DNA of 64,000 nt from Lama glama (lineage: Eukaryota), in NCBI GenBank assembly GCA_028534125.1, contig CM052825.1, positions 2,666,001 through 2,730,000 of the forward strand. The letters run 5' to 3'. Within the stretch, counting starts at the first letter, position 1. Every line of letters starts with the position of its first letter. This document shows positions 25,801 to 37,990 of the stretch, piece after piece. The position numbers and the translations under genes are program-made. The notes under the pieces were generated by a model. It ran no database searches. It was not told the origin of the DNA and saw nothing but the letters and a program-made list of their open reading frames with translations.

Positions 25801-28306
25801 GAGTGACATTTTAACCAAGATCCAAACCACAAACTGGTATTGGGAAGAGTCAGGGCCGAGGCTTCCCAGCAGTGGGACCTGCATGTGTGGGGGCTCTGAG
25901 GCCAGGGTAGGGGTGCTCTGAGGGGGAGCCAGAGATGGAAGGGCAGCCTCGGGGTCCCCGGAAGTTTCCAAGGCCACCCTGTGGGACAGACCGTGGGGAC
26001 CACGCTCAGCCAGGGACCAGAGTGCTGGCCATGTCCCTGGCAAGAGGCCAACAGACCTGAAGGTTGTTCAGGACAGGCCCGTCAGACTGGGTGACGGGCT
26101 GCCTCTGAGGGTGGGGAGGAGTGTGTGAGGGTGACCGCCCCCAGAACCCCCCCAGAAGAGGGGCCGCCTCTCCAGGGCCAGTGGTCTCCAGCCCAGAGTC
26201 CTTGTCCCTCACTGTCTGACCTTGTTGTGTTGGGGGAGGGAAGTGAGCAGACAACTGAGAGAGCCCACGGGACAGCGGTGGGCTTAGGCAGCTGGGCGTT
26301 GGCACCAGAACATCGTTGGGAAGAACTGTTCTATTCTGTGCAGCAAAACGAAAACGTTCAGTATTGATCCTCGTCCTCTGGGGGGAGTCCCGGCCAGAGG
26401 ACCGGCGCACTGTGAAGTCCACAGTGGTCCCCGGACCGTGGGGGGCACCTGCAGGGCCCCAGAAGCGCCGTCAGCCTCGTCGTGCAGGAAGCGGTGACTG
26501 TGTGATAACACACGAAGACGAGAGCACCACCTGGACGGCGATGCCGCCTGGAGAGGGGCGGAGAGCAGCCTAGGAGAGGCACGTCCGACCAGGGTGATGA
26601 AGGATCAGCCCTGCTGGTCGCTGACGCAGAAGGCCGGGCGCCGTAGGGAAAGCGTGCGAGCTGTTTTAAGAGTAGCTACCTGAGTACTTGGAGAACTGGC
26701 TGCTGCTCACCTAGTAAAACAACTGGGAATGAGTTGGACAGCGCGTGGTGCCGGCTCCAGATCCTGCCCCTGGGGCTCCTGGCGACGGCAGCTCCGACAG
26801 CGCCCCGCCCTGAGGATTCTGAGTACCTGGTGAGCGTGTGTCCTCCCGTTTTGGACGTTGACAGCTGAGATCCAGCCCGCGGTGGGACTGTCCAGTGTCT
26901 CAGAAAGACTGGCTCAGTGGTCTTCAGCCCACACGCCTTTCCTTCTACTCGCCGGGCTGTGAGAAGCAGACCAAAGCGGCCGGGTGACTCCCTGACTGTT
27001 GGCGGGGAGGGCGCGCGTGCGCCTCGGCCCAGCCGCCTGGGCACGCAGGGCAAGCCCTCCCCATACCGAACGTCTCCCCACTGACCCCACTCGAGCCAGG
27101 GAGACCTTCTCCAGATGACACCCAGAGAATTTGTCTCCAGCTGCTGAGGCGCCTTCTGTGTGTGCCAGGGACCGTCCGCAGCCCTGGTCCCCGCCTACTG
27201 AGATGCAGGGCCTGGAGGATGTGGGAGAACTGAAGCAGGTGTGGAGGCTGGGGAGCTGGCCCCGGGTCGGGAGTGGGGTTCGAGGGATGTCTGTGGCCAC
27301 AGCAGGTGGGAAGGGGGCCCCCGTATCTGGGTCTGGGGAGGTGCACAAAATGGGCGGGGAGGGGACCGCGGGGATGCCCTGCCCTCCTCCCTCGAAGCCT
27401 CGTGCCCCCGCTGGGCGGTCTCTTCTGCCCAGAGGCCACCGTCTTCCTCTGGCCTGACTTCCTACTTCCCTCCTTCCACACCGTCTCGCTCCGTTCCAGG
27501 CGCCCTCTTGTTTGGTGCGGCCCTTGGGGAGGGCGGGGGAGCTGGGAGGGGCCTGAGGATGGACCTCGGGACAGTAGCTTCTCTCACAGCCCTGGGCTCG
27601 GACACCCGGTTCTGTTTGGTTCTGGCCCCTCTCGTCTCTTATGTGTATCACCCGCAGGTCCGTGGAATCCCAATTACACGTTCAGACCACGTTTGGGGAT
27701 GATCTGTTCTTCAGGTTTCTTACCTTCTGCCCTCTTGAGGGACTGACCCTTAGTCCTGATGCTCGGGAATTTAATGGCCGTGTTCCTGTTCACTTTTTCC
27801 GATCTGTTTTTTCAGTTTCTTTATTACACCTTAACGTAGTCTTCATCTTTTCAGCCTTCGCCTTTTACAGAGTTTTTTCAGAATCACAGTTTCATTTTGT
27901 TCGCTGTCACCTAAGCAGCCAAAGGAGCATGATGCATTTTTAACGTGAACATGGTAACTGTAAAAAACAAAAAGGGTAACAATTTTAAAGTCAGTAACTG
28001 TAGAGGAGCAGATGATGCCCTCGCTGGAGAACCTGTTTCTTTCCCAGAGGAGTTCCAGGGAATTAATCTGGTAGTGGCAGAAAGCTAAAAGTCTTGAATT
28101 TCAAAGCTTATGTGGGAGTTGACTTCATCAGCCTGTGTCAGAGTTCCTCAGTGAGACTTCTTATCAGAGGGGTCAGCATTCAAAAGAAAGCAGTGCAACA
28201 GCGCCCGCTCCCTTTTGTGTTACATATGCACAGATCTGTGCAACCTTTGTTATTTCAAGGTTTTTGATATTTTGTATGTGCAACCAATGTTTATAGAAAA
28301 TTTGGA

Positions 28307-28418
28307 TAATGAAAAAGGATATATATGTGTATGTATGTATGACTGGATCCCTCAGCTGTACACCAGAAACTAAAACGCATTGTAAATCAACTATACTTCA
28401 ATGAAAAAAAAAAAGGAA
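28307..28418 (+). mobile_element. Heavily 5'-truncated L1 3' end with poly(A) and TSD
   Basis: gctgtacaccagaaact...cattgtaaatcaactatacttcaat then An is a laurasiatherian-type L1 terminus; perfect 12-bp TSD agaaaatttgga at 28295-28306 and 28419-28430. Confidence 0.85.
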
Positions 28419-29689
28419 AGAAAATTTGGAAAGTACAGAAATGTGGAAAGGAGAAAAGCCCGGAACAGCTGCCCCCTCCCCGGAGGTGACCGCTGTGCCA
28501 TTCAGCATGTTTTCCTTGCGTCTGTTTCCTTTTTAAAAACCCGAGCAGACACTTTGCTGAAAGGGCAGATTTGCAGTTTCACTGCTGCTGGAATCCAGTC
28601 CTTAAAGCCCCTTTTTATGTTAATGCCTGTGTAAATGAGCAGGTAGGATCCTGGTCCCTGAGTTAGACGTTCACTTCTTAAACGGGAGGGTCACAGGCGG
28701 GTCCCCAAAGCGGGCAGGGTGCCAGGCTGCCAGAGGCCGCTGGACATTGGCCATTGTGGCCAAGTCGGGCCGCGCGTGGCTCGTGTGCCCGTGCAGCACA
28801 GCCGGCTTCCGTGGTTCCCTCGTAGTAGGAAGGAGCCCCCCGCCTCTCCACCCGGCTTCGTCCTCCTGGGTCCCAGGCCCTACCGGCTGGATCAGGTCAT
28901 GCCTGCGGTGATCTCTAGCTTGCTTCTGACTTGTTCTCAGAGGAAAGTGTGGAGTTGTGATGCACCTGGTGAGGGACTTAGCACAGGTGGAGTGTTTGGG
29001 AGCCGTCCAGTAAGGGATCGTTTCCTTTGCGGTAAGTATCCTTAGGTCCTGCTTGGTCAGGGCTGATCCTTCCTTGGCCTGCCTGGGTGCCGAGCTCCAC
29101 GCACCCCCTTCTTCCAGGTGTAAATCCCTCTCGAGGGATCCACAGACACGTCCCACGGCTCTGAGCACTTTTTGCAGAGTCTACAAATTTTTTTGAAACC
29201 GATCAAATAACATAACAGCTTACGAAAAAAATAAATAACTTAGCTGGTTGACGTCTTATTGAACTTCATTGCATTCGTTTTGTAAAAAAACAAGAACGAA
29301 AACCTAAGGGTTTCCTGCCTTTGTCCACGTGGAGAAGTGGTGCTTACCCCAAGCGCAGACCCCGGGGCAGGGCGAGGCGCCACGGTGGAGCCCAAGGTGA
29401 CTCGGGAGAGGGTGCCGGTCCGCCCTGTGTTCCGTGGAGGCAGGCGCCCTGGAGATCAGGCGGGGGCGGGCTGTGTAGAGAGGGGGGTCTGTGCCCCTCG
29501 AGGGTCTGGCTCAGTTTTTATCTCAGAGAAAGCTGCTCTGACGAACAGGCCATCAGGGATAAATTGCTGGGTTTGAGAATGCAATTTACATAACAATTAA
29601 ACTGGCTCCGTTTACCCCGCTGCGGCAGCCAGGCCTCCCTGCACAGCTACTCAGGTTATTAATCTGTTTTATGACCCAGTTTCCCCACG

Positions 29690-29950
29690 TGGACCGTTTC
29701 TTCTCCGTGGCGCCGTAACACAGGCAGAGGCCGGGGAGGCGGCAGCAGCGAGCCGGTGGTTTGAGGAGCAGCCCGCGGCGTCGCTGCTCCAGCTTCCCCT
29801 CCGCCTCCGCCTCCCCCTCCGGTTCTCGTGTGTGGAAGCGCGTTGTCCATCCACGCTCGGCCCCCAGGGCTCCCCCGGGTCTGCGCGGGCGGTGTGGGCC
29901 CGGGGATCAGCTGCAGGCGGCTTCCGGGATGGTAGGGACGCGCTCTTTGA
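29690..29950. promoter_or_regulatory. Intronic CpG-rich patch
   Basis: Dense CpG, CACGTG at 29686, ccgcctccgcctcccc repeats. Confidence 0.4.
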
Positions 29951-32900
29951 AGGGCCTGAGGCCTGAGCCACATAAAGGCCTTTTCAAACCCCGCTTGGTT
30001 CTGATCCCGCCCCACCGCGTTTTGCTTGGGGTTTTATCCAGGGTGGCTTAAAGGTCTCGAAGCTGCTTTGTAAACAGCCTCTGGTTCCAGCGCTCTCCCC
30101 TCCCCCAACTTAGGAACCCTGGACTCCCTTCCTGACGCTTTGATCCACTTCTGTTTTATCAGTGGCCTGAGATGAATCTCAGATCCCAGAAGACGACCAC
30201 TCCCTTGGGAAGGCTGAAGAGGTTAAAGTCTAACTTGACTTTAAACTGTGGACAGTAGTTTTCTCGGTTTAGCATGGAATTTTATGTGACGGAACAAGGA
30301 CGGCGGTGACTGGAGCATAATAAATTGGTGTCGTAAAAATACGGCAATTTGCCCAAATAGTATAAACATCTGGGGAGAAATTTTCTCCCAGGTATTTGGT
30401 GAGGCCCTGACAGCAGGTGCTCCCTCTGTGGGTTTGCATGTCCCCAGCTCCCCCCTCTCGGGGAGTTCAGTGGGTAAGGGTGGCTGTGAAATGCTGCTTC
30501 TGGAAAAGAGGCTGGTGCCATGTCGACTCTGGGAGAGCTGGGCGGCCACATCACCTGCACTGCCGCCGCGAGTGCCGGTCCTGCTCCCTGGCTCCAGGCC
30601 CCTGGCCCCACTCAGCCTCCGGGTCTGAGCACACCCCCGTCCACGGCTGCGTCTCACAGGTCAGGCGAGGCCTTTGCTGGGGTGTCTCTGTTCTCTGGCC
30701 ACATCCCGTCGCCCTGTCCTGCGCCTCCTTGAGCAGGTCGCAGGCCTGTCTTCTTGAAGAACCTCCATCATCTTTTATCCGCGGGGCCCATGTGGGACCA
30801 GCCCCTGTTCACAAGTGCTCAGTAGTGTGTGTTGGTGACTCAAGGCCGGGCGGGCACGCGGTGCAGCCAGACTGGCTGGGCCGTGGTCACCTGACGAGCC
30901 GGCCAGTCACCAACGTTGCACCCTGGCCACCGGGCGGATATTTCCCGGGTTTCTTGGCCAGCTCGGGCAGGGTCCTCCAACGCCTGGAGTACGTGCTGCT
31001 TTCGTGGCGACCCGTGTGATCTGTGAGGTATCGAAAGCAGGAGGTCTCAGAATTGAACTTTGGTAAAATTGGGAACTGACTTTCCCTGATAAAGTTCACG
31101 TTGCCTGTCACGCCGCTGACCTCGACACTTGAGCAGTGCGGTTGCATGGCGTGACCATGACCCCTGATGCTAAGGGCCTGGCGTGGCCACGTCCCCTCCC
31201 ACATGTACCTGCGGTGGGGACAGCAGGGGCCAGCGTCATGGAGAGCCCCTCCCGCCGTCCAGGTTGGTGCTGCTCGGAGGCACGAGGGCAGAACGGGGGG
31301 CCCAGGAAGTGATTTTTTAAGGCAATTCGTGTGGTGGTGGAAGGTCGATTCAGCGGCAGATGTGTGTGGTTCTTACTGTTTCCTCATCTGAGGCGTTAGG
31401 TCAGAGCTTGCACTGAAACGGCCCTTGGCTGTGTTGGTGACTCAGGGACTTTGGAGAGGTGACCTGTCTCTTCTCGGCCTCAGTGTCCCATCCATAAAGC
31501 AGCCTGGACGCCTGCTCCCTTCTGAGATGACGGACGCCTCGGAGAAGGTCCTGGTTAAGGTGAGCTTCCTCCCGAGACCCACACGCTGGCTTCAGGTACC
31601 CTGCGTCCATCAGCATTTTCATTCACATGTGGACCAGGGCTGCAGTGCTGGGAATCTGTGAAGATGACTGTTGTTCGCCTGTAATCAAAAACTTGCCATG
31701 GACCCAGAGACGCTCCTGCAGGATGTCTGGTCCTTGCCTGGGCGAGAGGGCCGCACGCAAGGGCAGGCCGGCTGCTCTGCAGCAGGAGAGGCCCGCCCTG
31801 CGTGGCCTGTGCGGCTGAGGCTGCTTTTAATAGAGGCTGAGCTCAGACAGAGCCTCTGGCCTCCCCCACGGGGAACTACGCTGGCTCCACGTCTAGAATT
31901 TCTCCCTTTCATGGTCTCCCGTCTGTGGCTCTGGTTCCTTATGGCCGTGCTGCCCTCCTCACTTCTCTTCCTGTTCTGTGTGGCTCTTCCTTGTTGGTAG
32001 AGCTGTGCTTGAGCAGGCGGGACCCATGGACCTTGCTGGCCACTGCCCTCCCCCCTGCGGCGTAGGGAGCCGGGTCGCAGTTCAGGGACCTCTGCCAGTC
32101 TCTGAGCTCAGGAGTGCCTGGGAGAACACGGAGCCCCGAGGCCTCGGCTGATGAGTCAGTTACAGGTGGCAGAGCCGGGGCCAGCCCCGCCCCCGCATCT
32201 CCTGACCCTTAGTCAGCATAGCTTACTCCGCTAAAACAGGCTGGGTCTTCATGATGCTGTGTCTGAGACAGTTTGTTCTAGTTCAGTGTGAGAGGTGTTG
32301 TGCTGGCATTCGTCCTGCAGGTGCTGCCAGAACCATGAGGGCAGTGAGTTCCTGCCCTCTGCCCCATGCCGCTCGCAGGGCCGCTCTGGTGAAGCAGACG
32401 TGAATGCTTAGTGCTCGTGGGCTTTGCCGTGTGATGTATCCGTCAGGGAAGCCAGGGTGTGGTAACAAATACTCCAGTGGCTCAAACACGGGAATTAAGA
32501 GCTGCCAGCCCCTCCCTTCTGGGTGATGCAGGGAGGAAAGCTCCTCCCCGGGGGCCAGAGCAGGGACAGACACACTGCCTCCCTCTAAGCATTGGCCCTG
32601 AGATGGTTCGTATCCCACCACCCACGTTCCCTCGGTGAGAACCAGTGTCGGGGTGCACAGAACCCATGGGATGCTGGGAATGTCGGGTAGCTCTGTACCC
32701 GCACAGAAGACGTGGACTTAAGGGAGCAGCCAGCAGCCACTGTAACAGGAAAGAGCAGTGTGGATACTGGGGCTTGGGTAGAGGAAGATGTGATGCTCCC
32801 CGTGGACCTCACCCCAGACGGAAGGAATGGAGATGTGCTTTTGGAGGGGGGTCTGGGGTGGGGTGGGCGGAGCCCAGAGGGGGGGCAGTGGGCAGCGGGG

Positions 32901-35900
32901 GGCCCGCAGGCTCAAGGACAGGCGTGCAGGTCCTCTGATAGTTGAGGTGGGTCGTCTGTGCTTGTTACTTGCCGTCTTGCCCGGGACGGGCCAGGAGAGC
33001 GGGGACGAGGTCGGGACTGGCACTGGGCGGGTGAGACTCAGCCATCTGCAGTCCTGCAGGCCGCTGGCTGTGTGGGCTCACGCCAGCACTCGGTCCCTGA
33101 CCCATAAGTGCAGTTGCTTTCAATGGAGGTGTGGCAGGGCCGAGAGCCGTGTCTGTCTGGGTGTAGTATTGACTGCACTGGTTTTGAATGACCCTGACCG
33201 GGGCTGGAGCCACCCCGGAAGACTGGGGCCGGCCTTGTCTGGGGCCTCACGGCACCGTTCACCTTACAGTGCAGAACAGCAGCTGCCCGCAGTCGGCGCG
33301 ACAGGTTGATGTCAGAGGGACGACTGACCGTCCAGGAGTAAACATTTCTGAGAGGTCGTCAGACCCGTCTGTTCTGCCCGCGTCCCTGGGAGAGGATGCT
33401 CCCAGGTGTCAGGCAAGCTGTGGCTCTCTGTGAATTCTCGATCTGTTCTTGCAATCTTGAAAACGGTCCTGTCTGCACTCAGTTTGAACATGCCAGCCAC
33501 CCGGCTTCTCGTTCTACAGCTGGAGCTTTCTGTCCTCTTGCCTTGTTAACCTGCTCCTCCCGTGGAGAGGTGATGTTTGGTTCTGTTTATGCCTCTGAGT
33601 GCATTTGGATCCATTTATGATTAAACACTGCTCAAACAGCCAGGGCGAGATTTATTGACAGAGTAGGGCTGATGAGGATGGGGGGTGGGGGTGAACCATT
33701 TCTCTCTGTTCTGTTTATTTCCAGTTGGCAAGAGGTGACACTTATTTTTAAATCGTGCTCTTAGGTCTGCGACGTCTACAGAACTCCAAACAAGATTTCA
33801 TTTTAAAATTATGGTAAGAAAGCGGATAATGGGCAGTGCTTCCGAGGGGCAGGTCCCACTCCCTGGCCGCCTTGGATTGCTCAACTTTACATCTAGGTTC
33901 ATAACGAGATACCGTGGTCCAGGGAGTTTATCCAAGGCAATCTGTGGCTTAAGAAATAATTCTTTTCCTGCCCTGTTTATTTGCTAGTTACTTACATTTT
34001 CAAACAGTCAACGGAGAAAGTTTGTAACTGTCTGTAGCCGTTAAGGGTGTAAGCTTCAAGTCGTGGGAAACGCTTCTCTTCTATGCCTGTTTCAGCAGTG
34101 CGTGTGCCAGGCCCCACGCGGGGCCGGGGGGCCGGGCTCCTGCCCTCACTCTGCAAGCTCGGGGTGACCGCAGAGCCGGGGCGGAAAGAGCCCGGAGCCC
34201 CTGCAGCCCAGCAGCTGCCCCGTCTCAGAGGCCCCGGAAGCCGGTGTCCCGGAGGCGGGCGCTCTGACAGCCGCCCCTCAGGGTGGCCCTCAAGGGGCCT
34301 GTTTGTGAATGACCCTGGGCCTCATGGCAACAGCAGGACGAGGAGGCGGCGGGACCTTCTCTGCAGACTAACCGTGTCCTCTACCTCCTACCCTTCTGGA
34401 TGAGACCCACATATCGTTCTTCTCTAAAAGTAGGGGTGCTTTTTTGTTTTGTTTCGTTTTTAAGGCACATCTGACAAATCCTGATTTAAGTATTTTCTGA
34501 GGAGGTGATACACACCTGCGTTCAGAGCTCTGGGGTCTTCCTTCCTCTTGTCCCAGCCTCTGCCCTGCAGATGTGCTTCTGGTGTGTCGCACACAAAGCG
34601 CGCCGTTTGCCCAGAGAGAGCGTGCTTGGCATCGCGTTCTCACGTGCACTTCCGGGGAGTCCGTGTGCACGCGGGAAAGTGTGGCGCGGCCCCACACGCG
34701 CGACTCGGTGCAGCAGCGACAGTCAGGCCTCACCAGGTGTGGAGGGAGCTTTTCTGGTCGGCTGGATCTCTTGGCTCCGTCCAGGGTGGAGAGGGCTCCA
34801 GGGGGCCTGGATGGCATTGTGCCCTTGCGTCTGGGGGTTTCATTTCAAGCAGAGGCCACGGCTCATGGCTTCAGTCTGCCGGCAGAACGCGTCTCAGAGT
34901 GAAGCCATTAGCAGCAGGTGGACGTGTGACGTGGGGCCCAGGTGTGGCCCAGGGCTGGCTCCGTCTGGGCACCCACCCCTCCTGGCTGCACTTTTCCCAC
35001 AGACTGGCTGGGACTCAGCCTCCTCTGGCTGGAGGCAGAGGACAGAGAGCCCAGCCTACGAGAAGCCGTCTGTTTATCAACAGTCAGCCTTTGCCTTGAG
35101 CAGAGCCAAGTTTGGAACGAATGAACAGGATCATCCGAAACACTTTGGTGTTGTGAAACTTGAAACTGAGCGTTCTTTGTTTCTTACTGTAACTGACTGA
35201 TAGGCACCGGATCTCGCCAAGTGGCTGTGCAGGGTGTGTTATCAAGTCGGGAGCCCTGGGCCGGCTCACAGTGATTCCCCGGCCAGCGTCACTTCCACAG
35301 CGGGTTCTCTGAAGATCGAGAGACATAGGGAACCGAGACAAGGGAAAGCAGTTCTTCCGGTGGCTGGTCCGAGTGGGGTTGCCAGACTTCAGTGTGGGCC
35401 CCACTGTCCGGAATCTGTAGGTAAGCGGCCAGAAATAAGGCCCGCAGAAGGGGGTGCCTCTCTTCCGTGCTCGTGGGAAGCCATGGCCCGTTTGCCAATG
35501 GCCTTCCAGCATCCTGGTGGGACGGGTGACAATGGCTGTGCTCGCGGTCAGAACACACAGGTAGACAGGCGTCACCTGGTCTGTCTGGTTCCCAGGTGGC
35601 GGGGGAGGTGGGAGAGCAGCCTACGCCCGAGAACCCGCCCCGTCTGGGAGCGTGCGTGTACCTCCGGCAGCCTGGGAGCCAGGGCGTCAGCACCTCCGGT
35701 GTGGAAATTCGGGGCCAGCTCACAAAGGTGAGGAGCAGCGACATCTCCTGTTGTCAGTTTATGGGTTATTTTAAGCAGATTGCTTGTTTTTCTTTTTTTT
35801 AAGTTAAAGTTAAAGCCCACAGTTGGTTTGTGCTTGTGTCCGGTGTTCGTGGGGAAGCACCTCTCCAGGCAGCGGAGGGGAGGTGTGCGGCTCATGGACC

Positions 35901-36384
35901 CGCTGGGCCTGGTGCCCCCTTGGTCTCTCTGGGAATTCACTTCCCCACCTGTAAAAGCAGGTGCTGGAACCACATCTCTACATACTGTTGATTCTGAAGT
36001 TTTATCAGGCCCGTCTGTTTTTAGTTACAGTGTGTTAGTTAGTCCCTGTTCCCTCGTGAAATTCTTGAAACTCCTGCGGGGCGTGACGCCTGCAGCCCTT
36101 GAGATGACTGTGTGCCCGAGTCCTGGCCTCAGGTGTGTCAGGTTTTTTTTTCCGTCGTAAGCGCAGTGGACCATGACACATCTTTACCTCCACCTTCTCT
36201 TCATGGTGAAAGTCTACAAACACTGTTGTGTGTGGGTGAAGCTGCTGTGAGCTTTCTTACTTCAGTTTTGAGAGAAAGGGTCCCTGCATGCATTAGAGTC
36301 CAGGCCGCTGCCCGGGTGAGACCCCGTCCTTGCATGGCTTCCCACGGTGGGTCCAGCCCGGCGGTGCAGTGTTACTCTGAAATA

Positions 36385-37990
36385 ACAAGAGATTCGCAAG
36401 AAGTTGCAAATACATTTGGAGAGGTCGCCTGTATACCTCCCCCACTTTCCCCACTCGTAACAGCTTACGTGACTCTAGGACAGGATCAAAGCCGGCAAAC
36501 CGGCGCTGGTAGGACGAGTGTGTGTGCTTCTGGGTCATGGTACCACCGGGTAGATCTGCATGACTGCCACCTCCACCAAGACACACAGCTGCCCCCCTCA
36601 GCTTCTCCCCCGGGCTGCCCCCGAAGTCACACCTGACCTCCCCCCCGCCAAGCCCCTGGCAACCACGAATCTGTTCTTGGTCTCTCTGCTTTTGTCATTC
36701 TGAGATGTTATGTAAACGGAATCGTATGTACCTTGGGGTTTTCTAGACTCAGCGTCGTGCCTTCCATCCAGGCTGTGGGGCAGCACTCCACACCTGTCCA
36801 CCTATGAGAGAGCGGTACCTCCATGTTGAGTCTGCACCGACTGAGGGACGCAGTGGCGGACCTCAGTGCTTGGCTCCTGCAGGCATGCACGGTCCTGGGC
36901 AGGTGCTGCGTAGACGTGAATCTTCCTTCGTCTGGGATGAACACCTAGGCGTGTAGGTGCTGAGCTGTAGCGTCAGCGAGTGGTTAGTTTAAGAAGCCGC
37001 CAGCTCGTCCTCCCCGGGGCTGTGCTGTTTTCCACCCGCACCGCCAGCGAGGAGAGATCCGACTTCTCCGCGTCCACGCCGGCATTTGGCGCTGTCACTG
37101 CTGTTTAGTTCAGCCGTCATCCTGGGTGTGTCGCCGTCACTGGACATTTCCCGAGTCGCTGATGGTGCCGCACGTCTGCTCGTGTGCGTCTCTGCCAGCT
37201 GGGTGTCCCCTGCAGTGAAGTGTCTGTTTATGTCTTTGGGCCACTTTCTAATTGAATTCCCTGTTTTCTCACTGTTGGGTTTTGAGAGTTTTCTACACGT
37301 CCTGGACGGTCCTTTGCCCGGTGGGTTTGACGCACCTCCCCCAGCCTGAAGCCTGTCTTCCCTCTAGCAGGCTCTTTGTACCACAGAAATTTTGTGTTGA
37401 CCAAGCCCAGTTTGTTGGGGTTTTTTTCTTTTGTAGATCGTGCTTTTGGTGTCATGTCTAAGAACTCTTCTTCAAGCCCCAGGTCCCAAATTTTTTTTGA
37501 TTTTGAATTGTTTCCTTCTGTAGCTGATTTCATCATTTCTCTCTGGCTGCTTTTAAGACATTTTCTTTGTCTTCAGTTTTCAGAAGGTTGGTGTGGGTTT
37601 CTTTGGGTTTATCCTGTTTGGGTTCACTCACCTTCTTGAGTCTGTGGGTTTACTGTTGCCAGGTGTGGGGCATTTTCAGCTGTCTCCTCGCCTGCTCACT
37701 TCCTTTTCTCCTGCACCCGAGTGACGTGCGGGTCAGCCCTTCTGCGGCAGTCCCGCAGCCCCTGAGACCCCAGTCATTGTTTGCCTCTGTTCTCTCTGTG
37801 GTTCAGGCTGGGTAATTTTTACTGCTCTGGCTTCAAGTTCGCATGCTAATTTCTCTGCTGTTTTCACTCTGGTTGAGCCTATTCACTGCGTGTTTATTTC
37901 AGTTGTTATAATTTTTAGTTCTAAGATTCCCTGTGTTTCTTCCCAAGTCTCCTCTTCTTTACTGAGATTTTCTGTTTCTCGTCATTGCAC
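36385..37990 (-). mobile_element. Ancient L1M fragments, GC-shifted
   Basis: cccctggcaaccacgaatctgttc...ttttgtcattctgagatgttatgtaaacggaatc, gtgaagtgtctgtttatgtctttgggccac, tgcttttggtgtcatgtctaagaactctt. Confidence 0.75.

Noticed and set aside
25053-26051. 332-aa minus-strand ORF and other 150-250 aa intronic ORFs
   Set aside because: No recognisable domain, low-complexity Pro/Gly/Arg/Ser composition, frequent non-ATG starts, some overlap with repeat remnants; expected by chance at this GC content.
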